A stretch of 64,000 bases of DNA from an uncultured bacterium (GTDB taxonomy: Bacteria; Chloroflexota; Anaerolineae; Anaerolineales; UBA4823): NCBI GenBank assembly GCA_965603285.1, contig CBFDCK010000001.1:14152-78151 (forward strand). The letters run 5' to 3'. The position numbers were made by a program, and so were the translations under genes. How positions within the stretch are numbered: the stretch's first letter is position 1; each line of letters opens with the position of its first letter. The notes below the pieces were generated by a model. The model was given only the letters and a program-made list of their open reading frames with translations, ran no database searches and had not been told where the DNA came from. Of this stretch, positions 21,165 through 30,978 are shown piece after piece.

Positions 21165-21240
21165 GTGGCTGGTCATTATAGCATAGGCAAAAACAGCGTT
21201 TGAGAGCAGTTCCAGGTATGAGGGGAGCCTATTTTATACG

Positions 21241-21269
21241 TTGTCAAACTGGTCGCTCTGGGCTAAAAT
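21241..21269 (+). promoter_or_regulatory. sigma70 promoter of holB (likely leaderless)
   Basis: TTGTCA-17 nt-TAAAAT followed 7 nt later by ATG 21277. Confidence 0.65.
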
Positions 21270-21276
21270 TATACAT

Positions 21277-22329
21277 ATGAATTGGGGTATAGCAGGACAT
21301 GAATGGGCGGTAGACCTTTTAAGGGAACATGTCGCCCAAGATCGGATGCGTCACGCTTATCTATTTACTGGCTCTCAGGGGACGGGTCGCCGTACATTGG
21401 CTTTGCGGTTGGCTCAGGCAGTAAACTGCGACCAACCTCCTGCGTCTGGCGTACCCTGTTTAAAATGCCGCTCGTGCGAACAAATTGAACACATGACCCA
21501 TCCCGATCTGGCAATCGTCGAAGCGGAGCGGATCGGAGGGACATTAAAGGTCGACCAAGTTCGTGAATTGCAGCGCAGCCTGACGTTAACTCCTTATGAA
21601 GCCCGTTACAGGGTGGCAATTCTCCTGCGGTTTGAAGAAGCTCATCCCAGTGCGGCGAATGCGCTGTTAAAAACTCTCGAAGAGCCCCCGCCCAAGGTGA
21701 TTTTAATCTTGACTGCAAGCAGCGTTGAGAACTTGCTGCCCACAGTAGTTTCACGCTGTGAAGTGCTCCGCTTGCGGTCTCTGGCTTTGAATGAGATCAG
21801 CCAGTGGCTGGAGGACGATTGGGATCTTGGCTCTGATGAAGCCGACTTATTGGCGCATATCTCTGGTGGAATACCGGGATATGCGCTGCGGTTGCACAAG
21901 GAACCGGAACTTATGGAGAAGCGTACGGTTTGGTTGGAAGACCATCAGCGTATGATCTCCTCTGGTCGAGTTGACCGATTCGCATATATTGCACCCCTTA
22001 TTTATCCCAAAAACCCATCAAAGACCAGAACTGAGCTGCGAGACAGGTTCCTGATATGGATTTCACTGTGGCGTGATGTGCTCCATAAAGCGATCGACAC
22101 CTCTGCGTCAATTTCGAACCTCGACCAGGGCGAAGTGATCGCGGGATTGGTGGAAGCGTTTGGCGAGGATAATGCACGCAGCATGGTATCAGCGCTGCAG
22201 CGAACATTGATCTTGATTGACAAGAATGTGAATACGCGCCTGGCAGCCGAGGTGATGATGTTAGATCTGCCATATCGGAAGGTTGACCCATCTGCGGGGA
22301 AGACGCATTTTCAAGGACAAATCGGTTAA
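21277..22329 (+). CDS. holB: DNA polymerase III delta-prime subunit
   Basis: 'HAYLFTG..GTGR', Zn module 'C...CLKCRSC', 'HPD', 'AANALLKTLEEPP', 'PTVVSRC'. Confidence 0.92.
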   Translation: MNWGIAGHEWAVDLLREHVAQDRMRHAYLFTGSQGTGRRTLALRLAQAVNCDQPPASGVPCLKCRSCEQIEHMTHPDLAIVEAERIGGTLKVDQVRELQRSLTLTPYEARYRVAILLRFEEAHPSAANALLKTLEEPPPKVILILTASSVENLLPTVVSRCEVLRLRSLALNEISQWLEDDWDLGSDEADLLAHISGGIPGYALRLHKEPELMEKRTVWLEDHQRMISSGRVDRFAYIAPLIYPKNPSKTRTELRDRFLIWISLWRDVLHKAIDTSASISNLDQGEVIAGLVEAFGEDNARSMVSALQRTLILIDKNVNTRLAAEVMMLDLPYRKVDPSAGKTHFQGQIG

Positions 22330-22451
22330 ACTCAAATTCCATTAATGGAGAAGACGTTTTTTTATGCATCAACGGTGTAAAATGTACTATATGGAAAATA
22401 CACCCAACAGCGCTGTAGAACACAGCGTCAGAGACAACACGCGAGGAGTCT

Positions 22452-23309
22452 ATGCAGGAAATTGATGAAGGAATTTATTACGAAGATTCATTCTCGGGAG
22501 TAACATTAGGTGCTTTGTTTTTTTCTCAAGGCATGATCCTCATAGATGCTCCACTGAGAACAGAGGATGCTCGCTCATGGCGCTCAGTGTTAATGAATCG
22601 CCATGGATGGTCAAACCGATTCCTCGTGAGCTTGGATTCTCATCCGGATCGAACGTTGGGTTTGAGGGCGATGGAAAGCACTATAGTAACTCATCAGGAA
22701 ACAGCCGAAGTGTTTGACGGTCGCCCTACAATATTTAAAGGTGAAGATGTAAAAACTGGCGCTGATTGGGAATTCTATAATGAAGTGATTGGGATGCGTT
22801 GGGTGGTTCCAGGTATAACCTTCAACCAGCGCCTCACCCTTCATTGGAATAGCTCGGAAATTATCCTTGAGCACCACCCTGGACCTACTGCGGAATCGAT
22901 TTGGGTTGTTCTACCTGAAGAACAGGTGGTTTTTGTGGGAGATACGGTTGTCCTCAACCAGCCCCCATTCTTAGCGAACGCAAACCTGGAAATATGGGTT
23001 GAAGAATTAGAGCTGCTACTAAAATCTTACAAGGATTATGTGATTATTTGTGGTCGCGGAGGTCCTGTAAAAAAAGAGGATATGCATGAGTTGAGAAAAT
23101 TCTTGAGAAATGTAATTCGGAGAATGGAACGGCTGGCAAATAAAAAAGCCTTACCCGAAGCTACTAAAAAGATGGTACCTTCTTTGCTCTCGAAACTCTC
23201 TTTTTTAAGTTCAGATCAAACGAAATATACTAAGCGTTTGCAATACGGTTTGTACCAGTGTTATCTGCAGCGATATTTCCCATACGATGCTCTTGATCAA
23301 TCCGTTTGA
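22452..23309 (+). CDS. metallo-beta-lactamase-fold protein with degenerate metal motif
   Basis: 'LIDAP', 'DSHPDR' in place of HxHxDH, 'PGPT' in place of GHT, 'FVGD'. Confidence 0.7.
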   Translation: MQEIDEGIYYEDSFSGVTLGALFFSQGMILIDAPLRTEDARSWRSVLMNRHGWSNRFLVSLDSHPDRTLGLRAMESTIVTHQETAEVFDGRPTIFKGEDVKTGADWEFYNEVIGMRWVVPGITFNQRLTLHWNSSEIILEHHPGPTAESIWVVLPEEQVVFVGDTVVLNQPPFLANANLEIWVEELELLLKSYKDYVIICGRGGPVKKEDMHELRKFLRNVIRRMERLANKKALPEATKKMVPSLLSKLSFLSSDQTKYTKRLQYGLYQCYLQRYFPYDALDQSV

Positions 23310-23417
23310 AGACCCGAAAATCAATGAAGGTTAACTTGTAGCCGTTATTTATGTTACTCCTCGCAATGGCATTTCATCCAATTCAATATGGCTGATTATT
23401 GGTAAACACAAAAAAAT

Positions 23418-24500
23418 ATGCTATCTTCTAGTTACCTCCCTATTTACAAGCTCACTCGTGGTGAAATGGTTGAATCCGTTCATTATGGGGCTGTTGCAGT
23501 AGTTGATGTCAGCGGCAATCTGGTTGCCTGGTATGGCGATCCAAATGCCGTGACTTTTTTGCGTTCATCCGCAAAACCATTCCAAGTTATGCCTCTTTTT
23601 GAGCACGGGGGCAAGGAAGCCTACGATCTGACAAATCGAGAAATCGCAATCATGTGTTCATCCCACTCCGGTACAGACGAACAATTTGATTTTGTGCGAT
23701 CAATTCAGGAGAAAACAGGTGTTCACGAGTCAAATCTCTTGTGTGGTGTCCATTATCCTTTAGATGAAAAAACAGCTGAGGGGATGCGTATGAACAGCGT
23801 GCAGCCCACACTTAACAGGAATAATTGTTCAGGTATGCATACCGGTTTACTCGGGTATGTGATGATGTTGGAAGGGTTCTCGCCTCAAACATCTGAAGGT
23901 TTAACCTATATTGATCCCAATCATCCTGTGCAGGAGGAAATCCTTACATCCTTTGCAGGAATGTGCAACATATCAGAAGATCGGATCGCGATAGGGATCG
24001 ATGGTTGTTCGTTGTCAACCTTTGGTGTGCCCTTGCGAAATGCCGCCTTGGCATACGCCAGGTTGTGCGACCCAGAAGCAGGCGAGGTCTTGCCCATCGA
24101 AAGAGCTTCTGCCTGTCATACCATTACTGAGGCGATGACCTCAAATCCGGATATGGTTGGCGGACCTGGTCGTTTTGATACCCGCCTGATGGAGGTTGCT
24201 GCCGGGCGTGTAGTTGCTAAAGGTGGGGCGGAAGGCTTTCAGGGGGTGGGCTTGATGCCGGGTGTTATGGGCTCAGGTTCACAGGCGCTTGGTGTCGCCA
24301 TAAAGATATCGGATGGCGATGCACGTGGGTCTGTCTGTTCAGCGGTCACGTTGGAGGTTCTGCACCAGTTAGAGGTACTGTCCCATGGAGAAATGGCTGA
24401 TATGGCCGAATTTGGTCCGAGCACACCCGTTTACAATTTGCGGGACATTAAAGTGGGACAGGCTCGTCCCTCCATTGCGCTTGAATTTGCATCTGGATAA
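23418..24500 (+). CDS. L-asparaginase II (Rhizobium etli type, class 3)
   Basis: 'RGEMVESVH', 'RSSAKP', 'SHSG', 'NNCSGMH', 'DGC', 'KGGAEG', 'KISDG'. Confidence 0.85.
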   Translation: MLSSSYLPIYKLTRGEMVESVHYGAVAVVDVSGNLVAWYGDPNAVTFLRSSAKPFQVMPLFEHGGKEAYDLTNREIAIMCSSHSGTDEQFDFVRSIQEKTGVHESNLLCGVHYPLDEKTAEGMRMNSVQPTLNRNNCSGMHTGLLGYVMMLEGFSPQTSEGLTYIDPNHPVQEEILTSFAGMCNISEDRIAIGIDGCSLSTFGVPLRNAALAYARLCDPEAGEVLPIERASACHTITEAMTSNPDMVGGPGRFDTRLMEVAAGRVVAKGGAEGFQGVGLMPGVMGSGSQALGVAIKISDGDARGSVCSAVTLEVLHQLEVLSHGEMADMAEFGPSTPVYNLRDIKVGQARPSIALEFASG

Positions 24501-24527
24501 AATGTCTGTCTTCAGTTCAATTTAAAT

Positions 24528-25256
24528 ATGCAGCCCAGCGAATTTGCCCTAGCAATCCACAAAAGACTGCTTGACACCTATGGTATTCCAGAGTGGAGGA
24601 ATCCCGTTTCACCTTTAGATGAATTGGTCTCAACCATTCTTTCCCAAAACACGAATGACACAAACCGTGATCGCGCCTTCAAGTCTTTGAAAGCCCGTTT
24701 TCCTACTTGGGAAGCGGTAAGGGATGCGGATGAACATGAGGTGATTGGTGCTATACGAACTGCAGGTCTTGCCAACCAAAAAGGACCGCGTATTCAAAAT
24801 GTACTCCGAGGAATCACAGCCCAACGCGGTGAATTGGACTTGGATTTTCTAGAAAAACTTTCTACGGAAGATGCCTCAGATTGGTTGAGGAGCTTCAAGG
24901 GAGTTGGACCGAAAACAGCAGCGATTGTGCTTCAATTCTCGCTCGGTAAACCAGCGTTTCCGGTGGACACACATATCTATAGGGTAACGGGGCGCTTGGG
25001 ATTGCGCCCCCAGAAGATGAACGCCGATAAAGCCCATACTTATTTGACAGAACTCTTTCCCCCGCAATCCTATTATGCAGTCCATCTCAATATAATACGT
25101 CTGGGTCGTGAGGTTTGCAACGCTCGCCGCCCAGATTGCGAATTCTGTCCTTTAAACGATCTGTGTGAATATTACAACACTAAAAGCAGTGAGAAAATGG
25201 CTGATGTTCTTCTCAATCAAAATCACCGGGAAAGGGGTCAATACGAGAACAGATAG
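24528..25256 (+). CDS. nth: endonuclease III family HhH-GPD DNA glycosylase
   Basis: 'ILSQNT', 'GVGPKTA', 'VDTH', C-X6-C-X2-C-X5-C Fe-S motif. Confidence 0.85.
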   Translation: MQPSEFALAIHKRLLDTYGIPEWRNPVSPLDELVSTILSQNTNDTNRDRAFKSLKARFPTWEAVRDADEHEVIGAIRTAGLANQKGPRIQNVLRGITAQRGELDLDFLEKLSTEDASDWLRSFKGVGPKTAAIVLQFSLGKPAFPVDTHIYRVTGRLGLRPQKMNADKAHTYLTELFPPQSYYAVHLNIIRLGREVCNARRPDCEFCPLNDLCEYYNTKSSEKMADVLLNQNHRERGQYENR

Positions 25257-25443
25257 AATTGTGGAAAATGGAATTGTAAAAAGAGGCCGCGAATTTACGT
25301 GCCTATTATTGTCGAATTTATTAGTCACATTTGTTATGAACAAAATCATCTGGAACATATGATTTTTGACAATTATCGAAACAGGAAATTCCCTGTAAAA
25401 TATGTACAGGTTGAATTTCAGGGTATATCTCTGATGTTGCTCA

Positions 25444-25512
25444 TCGCTGTTTCCTCCTTTGGCGAAAGCCTCCGCCTGGTCACCTCCATTTCCCAGGCGG
25501 AGGCTTGATTTT
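25444..25512 (+). other. tandem hairpins with CU-rich anti-SD-like loops; candidate small RNA or terminator
   Basis: Perfect 14-bp inverted repeat aagcctccgcctgg/ccaggcggaggctt with loop tcacctccatttc; preceding hairpin has a ttcctcct loop. Confidence 0.45.
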
Positions 25513-25527
25513 AAGTAGACGGAGTAC

Positions 25528-26802
25528 ATGAAACGTATCGCTCCTTTAAAAGTAAAAGCGATTGTCCTAGTGTTTGGAATAACACTTGCAGCCTGTTCGA
25601 CATCTGGAAAAACGCCATCAGGAATAACAAATCCTGACCTGGTTGCGGAAGCCGAAGTTACATCAGCAGTTAACCAACAGGGCGCTCCGCTGACGACCAT
25701 GACTGCAGAGCCAACGTATAGATTGAAGGAAACATCAACTCAACCCCCAAATATAACGCTGGCGACAAATAATACCCTGCCGGAACATGTGGATTTACGT
25801 TCATTCCAGGATGACCTTGTGCGGCTGTATGAAAAGGCAAGCCCTGGAGTTGTATCGATCCGTGTTCTCTCCCTGGATGGGGGTACCCTAGGTTCCGGTT
25901 TTGTATACGATAAGGACGGTCATATCGTCACTAATTATCACGTCGTGCGGACCGAATCTGATGTGGAGGTGACTTTTTCAACGGGTACTAAGACGAACGC
26001 TAGAATAATTGGAGTGGATCCGGATTCAGACCTGGCTGTATTAAAGGTGGATATACCATTCCAGGAGCTTGTCCCGCTCCCTTTGGGTGATTCTGACGAG
26101 GTAAAGGTTGGACAATTTGCAGCAGCTATCGGCAACCCGTTTGGATTGGAAGGAGCGATGACGTTCGGTATCGTTTCCGGAACGGGGCGTATATTACAAT
26201 CCCTATCATCTGCATATGGCAAAAGCAGCACTTCAGTGGTTGAAACCATCCAAACAGATGCAGCAATAAACCCAGGGAACTCCGGAGGTCCGCTGCTTAA
26301 TTTGGACGGTGAGGTGATCGGTATCAACGAATCGATTGCCACAAGTGGGGCTGACCGACATTATTTTGGAGTCGGTTTTGCGATTTCCATAAATTTTGTT
26401 AAGCGGATTGCTTCAGCATTGATCCAGGAGGGAGAGTTCATCTATCCATATTTAGGGATTTCAAGTGTCGATGAACTGAGCATTTTTACGCAGGAAGCTT
26501 TAGGTTTGTCGCGTTCGAGTGGTGTTTACATCACCGATGTGATGCCGGATGGACCGGCTGACCAGGCTGGACTTCAGGCGGGCACTCAGGAAACGGATGT
26601 TCAAGGCGTCCGCGCGGGTGGGGATTTGATATATGAGATTGACGTTCATCCTGTAAACGACTTTAATGAATTGATCAACTACTTGATAAAAAATAAGAGT
26701 CCAGGAGATGAGGTCGAATTGACAGTTCTGCGGGGAGATCAAGTGATTAAAATTGTAGTCATTCTGGGCAGACGTCCTATCGAGGAAATCGAAGAACGCT
26801 AG
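25528..26802 (+). CDS. HtrA/DegP-like serine protease with PDZ domain, lipoprotein
   Basis: Lipobox 'LAAC', 'TNYHV', 'DLAV', 'GNSGGP', C-terminal PDZ. Confidence 0.92.
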   Translation: MKRIAPLKVKAIVLVFGITLAACSTSGKTPSGITNPDLVAEAEVTSAVNQQGAPLTTMTAEPTYRLKETSTQPPNITLATNNTLPEHVDLRSFQDDLVRLYEKASPGVVSIRVLSLDGGTLGSGFVYDKDGHIVTNYHVVRTESDVEVTFSTGTKTNARIIGVDPDSDLAVLKVDIPFQELVPLPLGDSDEVKVGQFAAAIGNPFGLEGAMTFGIVSGTGRILQSLSSAYGKSSTSVVETIQTDAAINPGNSGGPLLNLDGEVIGINESIATSGADRHYFGVGFAISINFVKRIASALIQEGEFIYPYLGISSVDELSIFTQEALGLSRSSGVYITDVMPDGPADQAGLQAGTQETDVQGVRAGGDLIYEIDVHPVNDFNELINYLIKNKSPGDEVELTVLRGDQVIKIVVILGRRPIEEIEER

Positions 26803-26949
26803 AAATTGATCTTATAAAAGTAGAGAAATGTGGAGTGCATGTCAATCCAAATCCGATTTATGTAATGGTTCATTCAAGGTATTATTTCTATCAAACGGTA
26901 AGCGGTCGTTACCGCGTTAATTCAAGTGACTCAAGGAGGTTAAGGTACC

Positions 26950-28050
26950 ATGATAACTGACCGAGATCTAAGAGAGTTGTTGAGCTACGAGGCGAAGCAC
27001 GCTGTCCTGAGCGTATACTTAAATACCGATCCGGTGGATGGGAGTCCTGAGACATTCAAACTCCATTTGCGTAGTATGTTGAAGGAAATCGATCTACCCG
27101 AAGATGTCCTTGCAGTGACACGGTTTTTTGACTTCGAACACGATTGGTCTGGAAAGAGCGTCGCGGTTTTTTCCTGTGCGCCGGAAGAATATTTCGAAGC
27201 CTATTCATTGGCAGTTGCGGTGCGAAGCCGGGTGCGGACAGATTTGCGACCATATGTGAAACCGCTAGCTGATGTTTTTGATTCATACGGCGGATACGGT
27301 GTCGTATTGGTTGATAAGCAAGAGGCGCGCCTGTTCTACTTCAACCTGGGTGAATTGCAAGAGCATAAGGACGTGACGGGAGAGAGTGTGCGCAGGACGA
27401 AGCGGGGCGGCGGTTCGCAATTTGCCAGACGGCGAGGAGGTACGGCTGGGCAGACCGATTATGTTGATGAGTTAACCGAGCGGAACATCAAGGAAGCGGT
27501 TGATAGTGCGGCTCGATTTTTTTCAGCGAACAATATTCGGAGGGTCATGATTGGTGGCAGCGAAGACAATGTCGCCCAATTTCGAAGCTTGCTGCCTAAA
27601 TCCTGGCAGAGCCTGGTCGTAGGCGTTTTCCCAATCAGTATGACCGCCAGTCACAGCGAAGTTCTGGAGTGCGCGATGGAGGTCGGTGCAGAAGCGGAAT
27701 ATCACCGGGAAGCTCTGCTTGCCAATACCGTGGTGACAAACGCCGCCAAAGGTCGCGGGGGCGTGATTGACCTTGAGGATACTCTAAATGCGATTCACGA
27801 GGGTCGCGTACAAACGCTGCTCATCAGAGATGGCTTTCGAGCGCCAGGGGGGCAATGCACGAGCTGCGGTTATTTATCTGCTGGGACCATTGTTGTGTGT
27901 CCATACTGCGGGGGCGAGGTGGACCAAATTCCGGATGCCGTCGAACTGGCAGTACGTCGTGTTATGCAAACGGGCGGCGAAGTCGAAGTCCTGCCCAGCG
28001 ACCAGGATGTGGGTGAGTTTGACCAGATCGGAGCTTTATTACGCTATTGA
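26950..28050 (+). CDS. bacterial archaeo-eukaryotic release factor (baeRF)-like protein with Zn ribbon
   Basis: 'VLSVYL', 'GVVLVDKQEARLF', 'KRGGGSQ', 'GRVQTLL', 'CTSC..CPYC', C-terminal 'IGALLRY'; strong AAGGAGG RBS. Confidence 0.75.
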   Translation: MITDRDLRELLSYEAKHAVLSVYLNTDPVDGSPETFKLHLRSMLKEIDLPEDVLAVTRFFDFEHDWSGKSVAVFSCAPEEYFEAYSLAVAVRSRVRTDLRPYVKPLADVFDSYGGYGVVLVDKQEARLFYFNLGELQEHKDVTGESVRRTKRGGGSQFARRRGGTAGQTDYVDELTERNIKEAVDSAARFFSANNIRRVMIGGSEDNVAQFRSLLPKSWQSLVVGVFPISMTASHSEVLECAMEVGAEAEYHREALLANTVVTNAAKGRGGVIDLEDTLNAIHEGRVQTLLIRDGFRAPGGQCTSCGYLSAGTIVVCPYCGGEVDQIPDAVELAVRRVMQTGGEVEVLPSDQDVGEFDQIGALLRY

Positions 28051-28086
28051 TCGGTTTGGTTATGGGTATGCTGTACTTACCAACAG

Positions 28087-28130
28087 GGGCTGTCTAAAAA
28101 GAGTGATTAGACAGCCCGCTTTTCTTTCTT
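28087..28130 (+). terminator. intrinsic terminator
   Basis: gggctgtctaa/ttagacagccc stem followed by a T-rich tract. Confidence 0.65.
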
Positions 28131-28178
28131 AAATGTGCCTGGCAATTGCAGTCAGTCACTTGCGATGAAAAAATTTGG

Positions 28179-28913
28179 TCAGATTTTAGATGCCAGTATT
28201 ATCAGATTGGGCGAACCCTGCTGGTGGGGTGACTGGTCGTAGTTGCCGTATGTATTGTTTATGATAAAACCAGCGTTTTGAATCTCTGCCAGATAATCTC
28301 TGGTGGAGATCAGGTTATGCTTGATCTGAGTGCTTGATCGTTCGATCCCTCCATCCGGCAGCAGGTGGTCGTAGTGCCATTGGACAGTGATGAAGTGATC
28401 GGAGCGTTCCCAACTGCTGCTAACCTGAACCGGTTCACCATCTAATGGATGAGGGAAGATTTCTTCCACTTCGAGTTCGCTGCGCTCAGGAAGATGCTTG
28501 AGAGTTGTGGGATTCGGTAAACTCAGGGCAAACACACCATCTTCATGCAGGTGAAAACGTACGCCTGAGAGGGTGCGACGGCGGGTTTTGTTAGAGAAGG
28601 AGCTGTATGTATTGCACGGCGCAATGATCAAGCTGAAATGAAGGTCAAAATGGAATGCGGCAGTGTCAGCCTGCAAGATGTGCGTGTACTTTTTTTGGTC
28701 AGGCGTAATACGGCTCCGTAGGAGAGCTAACACACCCCGCTCGTTGTCAATTCCATAAACCTGTCTCCCGCTTTGAGCCATAGGCAGCAATACCCGTCCA
28801 GTCCCACAACCCAGCTCCAGGATGGGACCAGTGGACTGTCTGGCGAGTTCCTGCCAGAAGGAAATATCTTCTGAATAAAATCCGAGGTGGATGTTTTGGA
28901 GAGAGACGGACAT
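28179..28913 (-). CDS. class I SAM-dependent methyltransferase
   Basis: 'ILELGCGTGR', 'GID'. Confidence 0.85.
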   Translation of the reverse strand: MSVSLQNIHLGFYSEDISFWQELARQSTGPILELGCGTGRVLLPMAQSGRQVYGIDNERGVLALLRSRITPDQKKYTHILQADTAAFHFDLHFSLIIAPCNTYSSFSNKTRRRTLSGVRFHLHEDGVFALSLPNPTTLKHLPERSELEVEEIFPHPLDGEPVQVSSSWERSDHFITVQWHYDHLLPDGGIERSSTQIKHNLISTRDYLAEIQNAGFIINNTYGNYDQSPHQQGSPNLIILASKI

Positions 28914-28977
28914 CTAATATCCCGGACATCTAAAATCCTTGACGATTACAACCAGTTAGCATTATACTCAATCCGCT

Positions 28978-29053
28978 CGGGGCGTAGCGCAGTCCGGTTT
29001 AGCGCACCGCGTTTGGGACGCGGGGGTCGGCGGTTCAAATCCGCCCGCCCCGA
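28978..29053 (+). tRNA. tRNA-Pro(TGG)
   Basis: Acceptor CGGGGCG/CGCCCCG, anticodon arm CCGCG-TTTGGGA-CGCGG, GGTTCAAATCC T-loop; CCA not encoded; upstream TTGACG-18-TATACT. Confidence 0.95.
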
Positions 29054-29139
29054 CTTTTATTAATTCCCGCGGGGTCTAGTTGTTCTTATCAAATCATTTT
29101 AGGCATCGTTTCATCATCTGGGAGTATTGAGGGATACTA

Positions 29140-29451
29140 ATGGCAAAGGTTAAATACGATGGTGTCGTGGTGGCAGTCCATTATTCGTCCGATAACCAGG
29201 TGGATTGGGTGCGCACCTTTTTACGGCGGGGTCCTATATTTTCGGATCGCGTCATGTTGGATCGCCAGGCTCTGGTTGAGCATTTGGAATCCGGCAAGAA
29301 ATACATGGTCGGAAAACGGGTGCCTTATATGGCGGGCTTGTTCGAGGTTTCCGAACCGCTACGAGTGATCAAAACGGAGGACGATTTCGTTCTGGTTACG
29401 GGGGACAGTCCAGCTAAGCAGGACAATTTGGAAGGTATCCCAATCATCTAA
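29140..29451 (+). CDS. hypothetical protein
   Basis: Non-overlapping ORF with GAGGGA RBS. Confidence 0.65.
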   Translation: MAKVKYDGVVVAVHYSSDNQVDWVRTFLRRGPIFSDRVMLDRQALVEHLESGKKYMVGKRVPYMAGLFEVSEPLRVIKTEDDFVLVTGDSPAKQDNLEGIPII

Positions 29452-29469
29452 AATTGGGACCTGGCTACG

Positions 29470-30219
29470 GTGTTAAATCCATTTCTCTCGATTATTATTC
29501 CAGCACATAACGAGGAAAACCGCCTGCAGAGAACGCTGCAGCAGGTGGGTGAATTTGCGCAATCCCAAAACTACTCTGTTGAGGTCCTGGTTGTAGAGAA
29601 TGGAAGCCAGGACCGCACTCTGGAGATTGCACGAACGTTTGCGATCGAACGCCCTCAATTTCATGTCTTCCACATTGATGAGCGCGGCAAAGGGCTGGCT
29701 GTCAAACGAGGGATGCTTGAGGCGCGGGGTGAATATCGCTTCATGTGTGACGCCGACCTCTCGATGCCCATCAACGAGATCAAACGTTTCATTCCTCCAG
29801 TTTTGACCGAGTTCGATGTCGCGATCGCCTCGCGGGAAGCCCAGGGCGCAGTGCGCTACAACGAGCCCTTCTACCGGCACATAGGCGGACGGGGGATCAA
29901 TGCCATGATCCGCTTACTGGCTTTACCGGGTTTGCATGATACACAGTGTGGTTTTAAGTGTTTCCGTGCTGATGTGGTCGATGATTTATTTGGACACCAG
30001 ACGATGGTAGGCTGGTCGTTCGATGTTGAACTGCTTTATATCGCCCGCATGCGCGGATATCGAATCATTGAAATCCCAATTCCGTGGTATTTCAACTCCG
30101 AGACCAAACTCAATGCAATCCAGGACGCAGTTATTATTGGTCGGGATGTCCTGACTATTCGGCGCAACGCAGCAAGCGAAATCTATGATCGCTCACTACC
30201 TGAAGAGAGAGATTCTTAA
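29470..30219 (+). CDS. GT2 polyprenol/dolichol-phosphate glycosyltransferase
   Basis: 'SIIIPAHNE', 'GKGLAV', 'DAD', 'DTQCGFK', 'FDVE'. Confidence 0.9.
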   Translation: MLNPFLSIIIPAHNEENRLQRTLQQVGEFAQSQNYSVEVLVVENGSQDRTLEIARTFAIERPQFHVFHIDERGKGLAVKRGMLEARGEYRFMCDADLSMPINEIKRFIPPVLTEFDVAIASREAQGAVRYNEPFYRHIGGRGINAMIRLLALPGLHDTQCGFKCFRADVVDDLFGHQTMVGWSFDVELLYIARMRGYRIIEIPIPWYFNSETKLNAIQDAVIIGRDVLTIRRNAASEIYDRSLPEERDS

Positions 30220-30321
30220 CCTGCACGCAGTTTAACCTGATTGTAGCGGAGGGCTGCGTTTCAGAATTAAATTCCGTCACCTTCATATTGACAGACTATC
30301 AGACTTTTTGTAATTGACCGA

Positions 30322-30978
30322 ATGAGAAGAAAATTCCCCCTAGAATCTCTCCCCGCAAAACCTGACCTTGGTTTTGAAAGCGCGCTGTGGTCATCCGGTC
30401 TGGATAAAATTGCCGGGATAGACGAAGCCGGGCGGGGGGCGCTGGCGGGTCCGGTCGCAGCGGCGGTATTGCTGCTTCCAGCGGATGATAGCGTTGCAGA
30501 CCGATTGGAAGGCGTGCGCGATTCGAAGGTAATGACTCCTAAGGCACGTGAGTACTGGGGGGAGTTAATTATGGAAACTGCCCTGGATTGTGCGGTCGGA
30601 TTTGCAACTCATAAGGAGATTGATGAAATTGGAATCCTGCCTGCTACCCGTTTGGCGATCGGGCGCGCGCTTGGCCTTTTACAATTTACCCCACAGTATC
30701 TCCTGATCGATTATATTGAGTTAAAGGAGTACTCCATCGCTCAAACTTCACTCGTCAAGGGAGATGCGCGCTCTTTGAGCATTGCGGGGGCTTCGATCTT
30801 GGCCAAGACGAGTCGTGATGACATGATGCGCCAATTTGGTGATCGTTATCCGGGTTATGGATTTGCAGCCAACAAGGGCTATGGAACGAGGACACACCGG
30901 GAGGCTCTGATGAGCCTGGGAACGTGTCCAATTCATCGGAAGAGTTTCAGATTACAGGGAATAAGGGATAAGGGGTAG
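30322..30978 (+). CDS. rnhB: ribonuclease HII
   Basis: 'GIDEAGRG..AGP', 'DSK', 'KGD', 'ASILAK', 'NKGYGT', 'HRKSF'. Confidence 0.95.
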   Translation: MRRKFPLESLPAKPDLGFESALWSSGLDKIAGIDEAGRGALAGPVAAAVLLLPADDSVADRLEGVRDSKVMTPKAREYWGELIMETALDCAVGFATHKEIDEIGILPATRLAIGRALGLLQFTPQYLLIDYIELKEYSIAQTSLVKGDARSLSIAGASILAKTSRDDMMRQFGDRYPGYGFAANKGYGTRTHREALMSLGTCPIHRKSFRLQGIRDKG

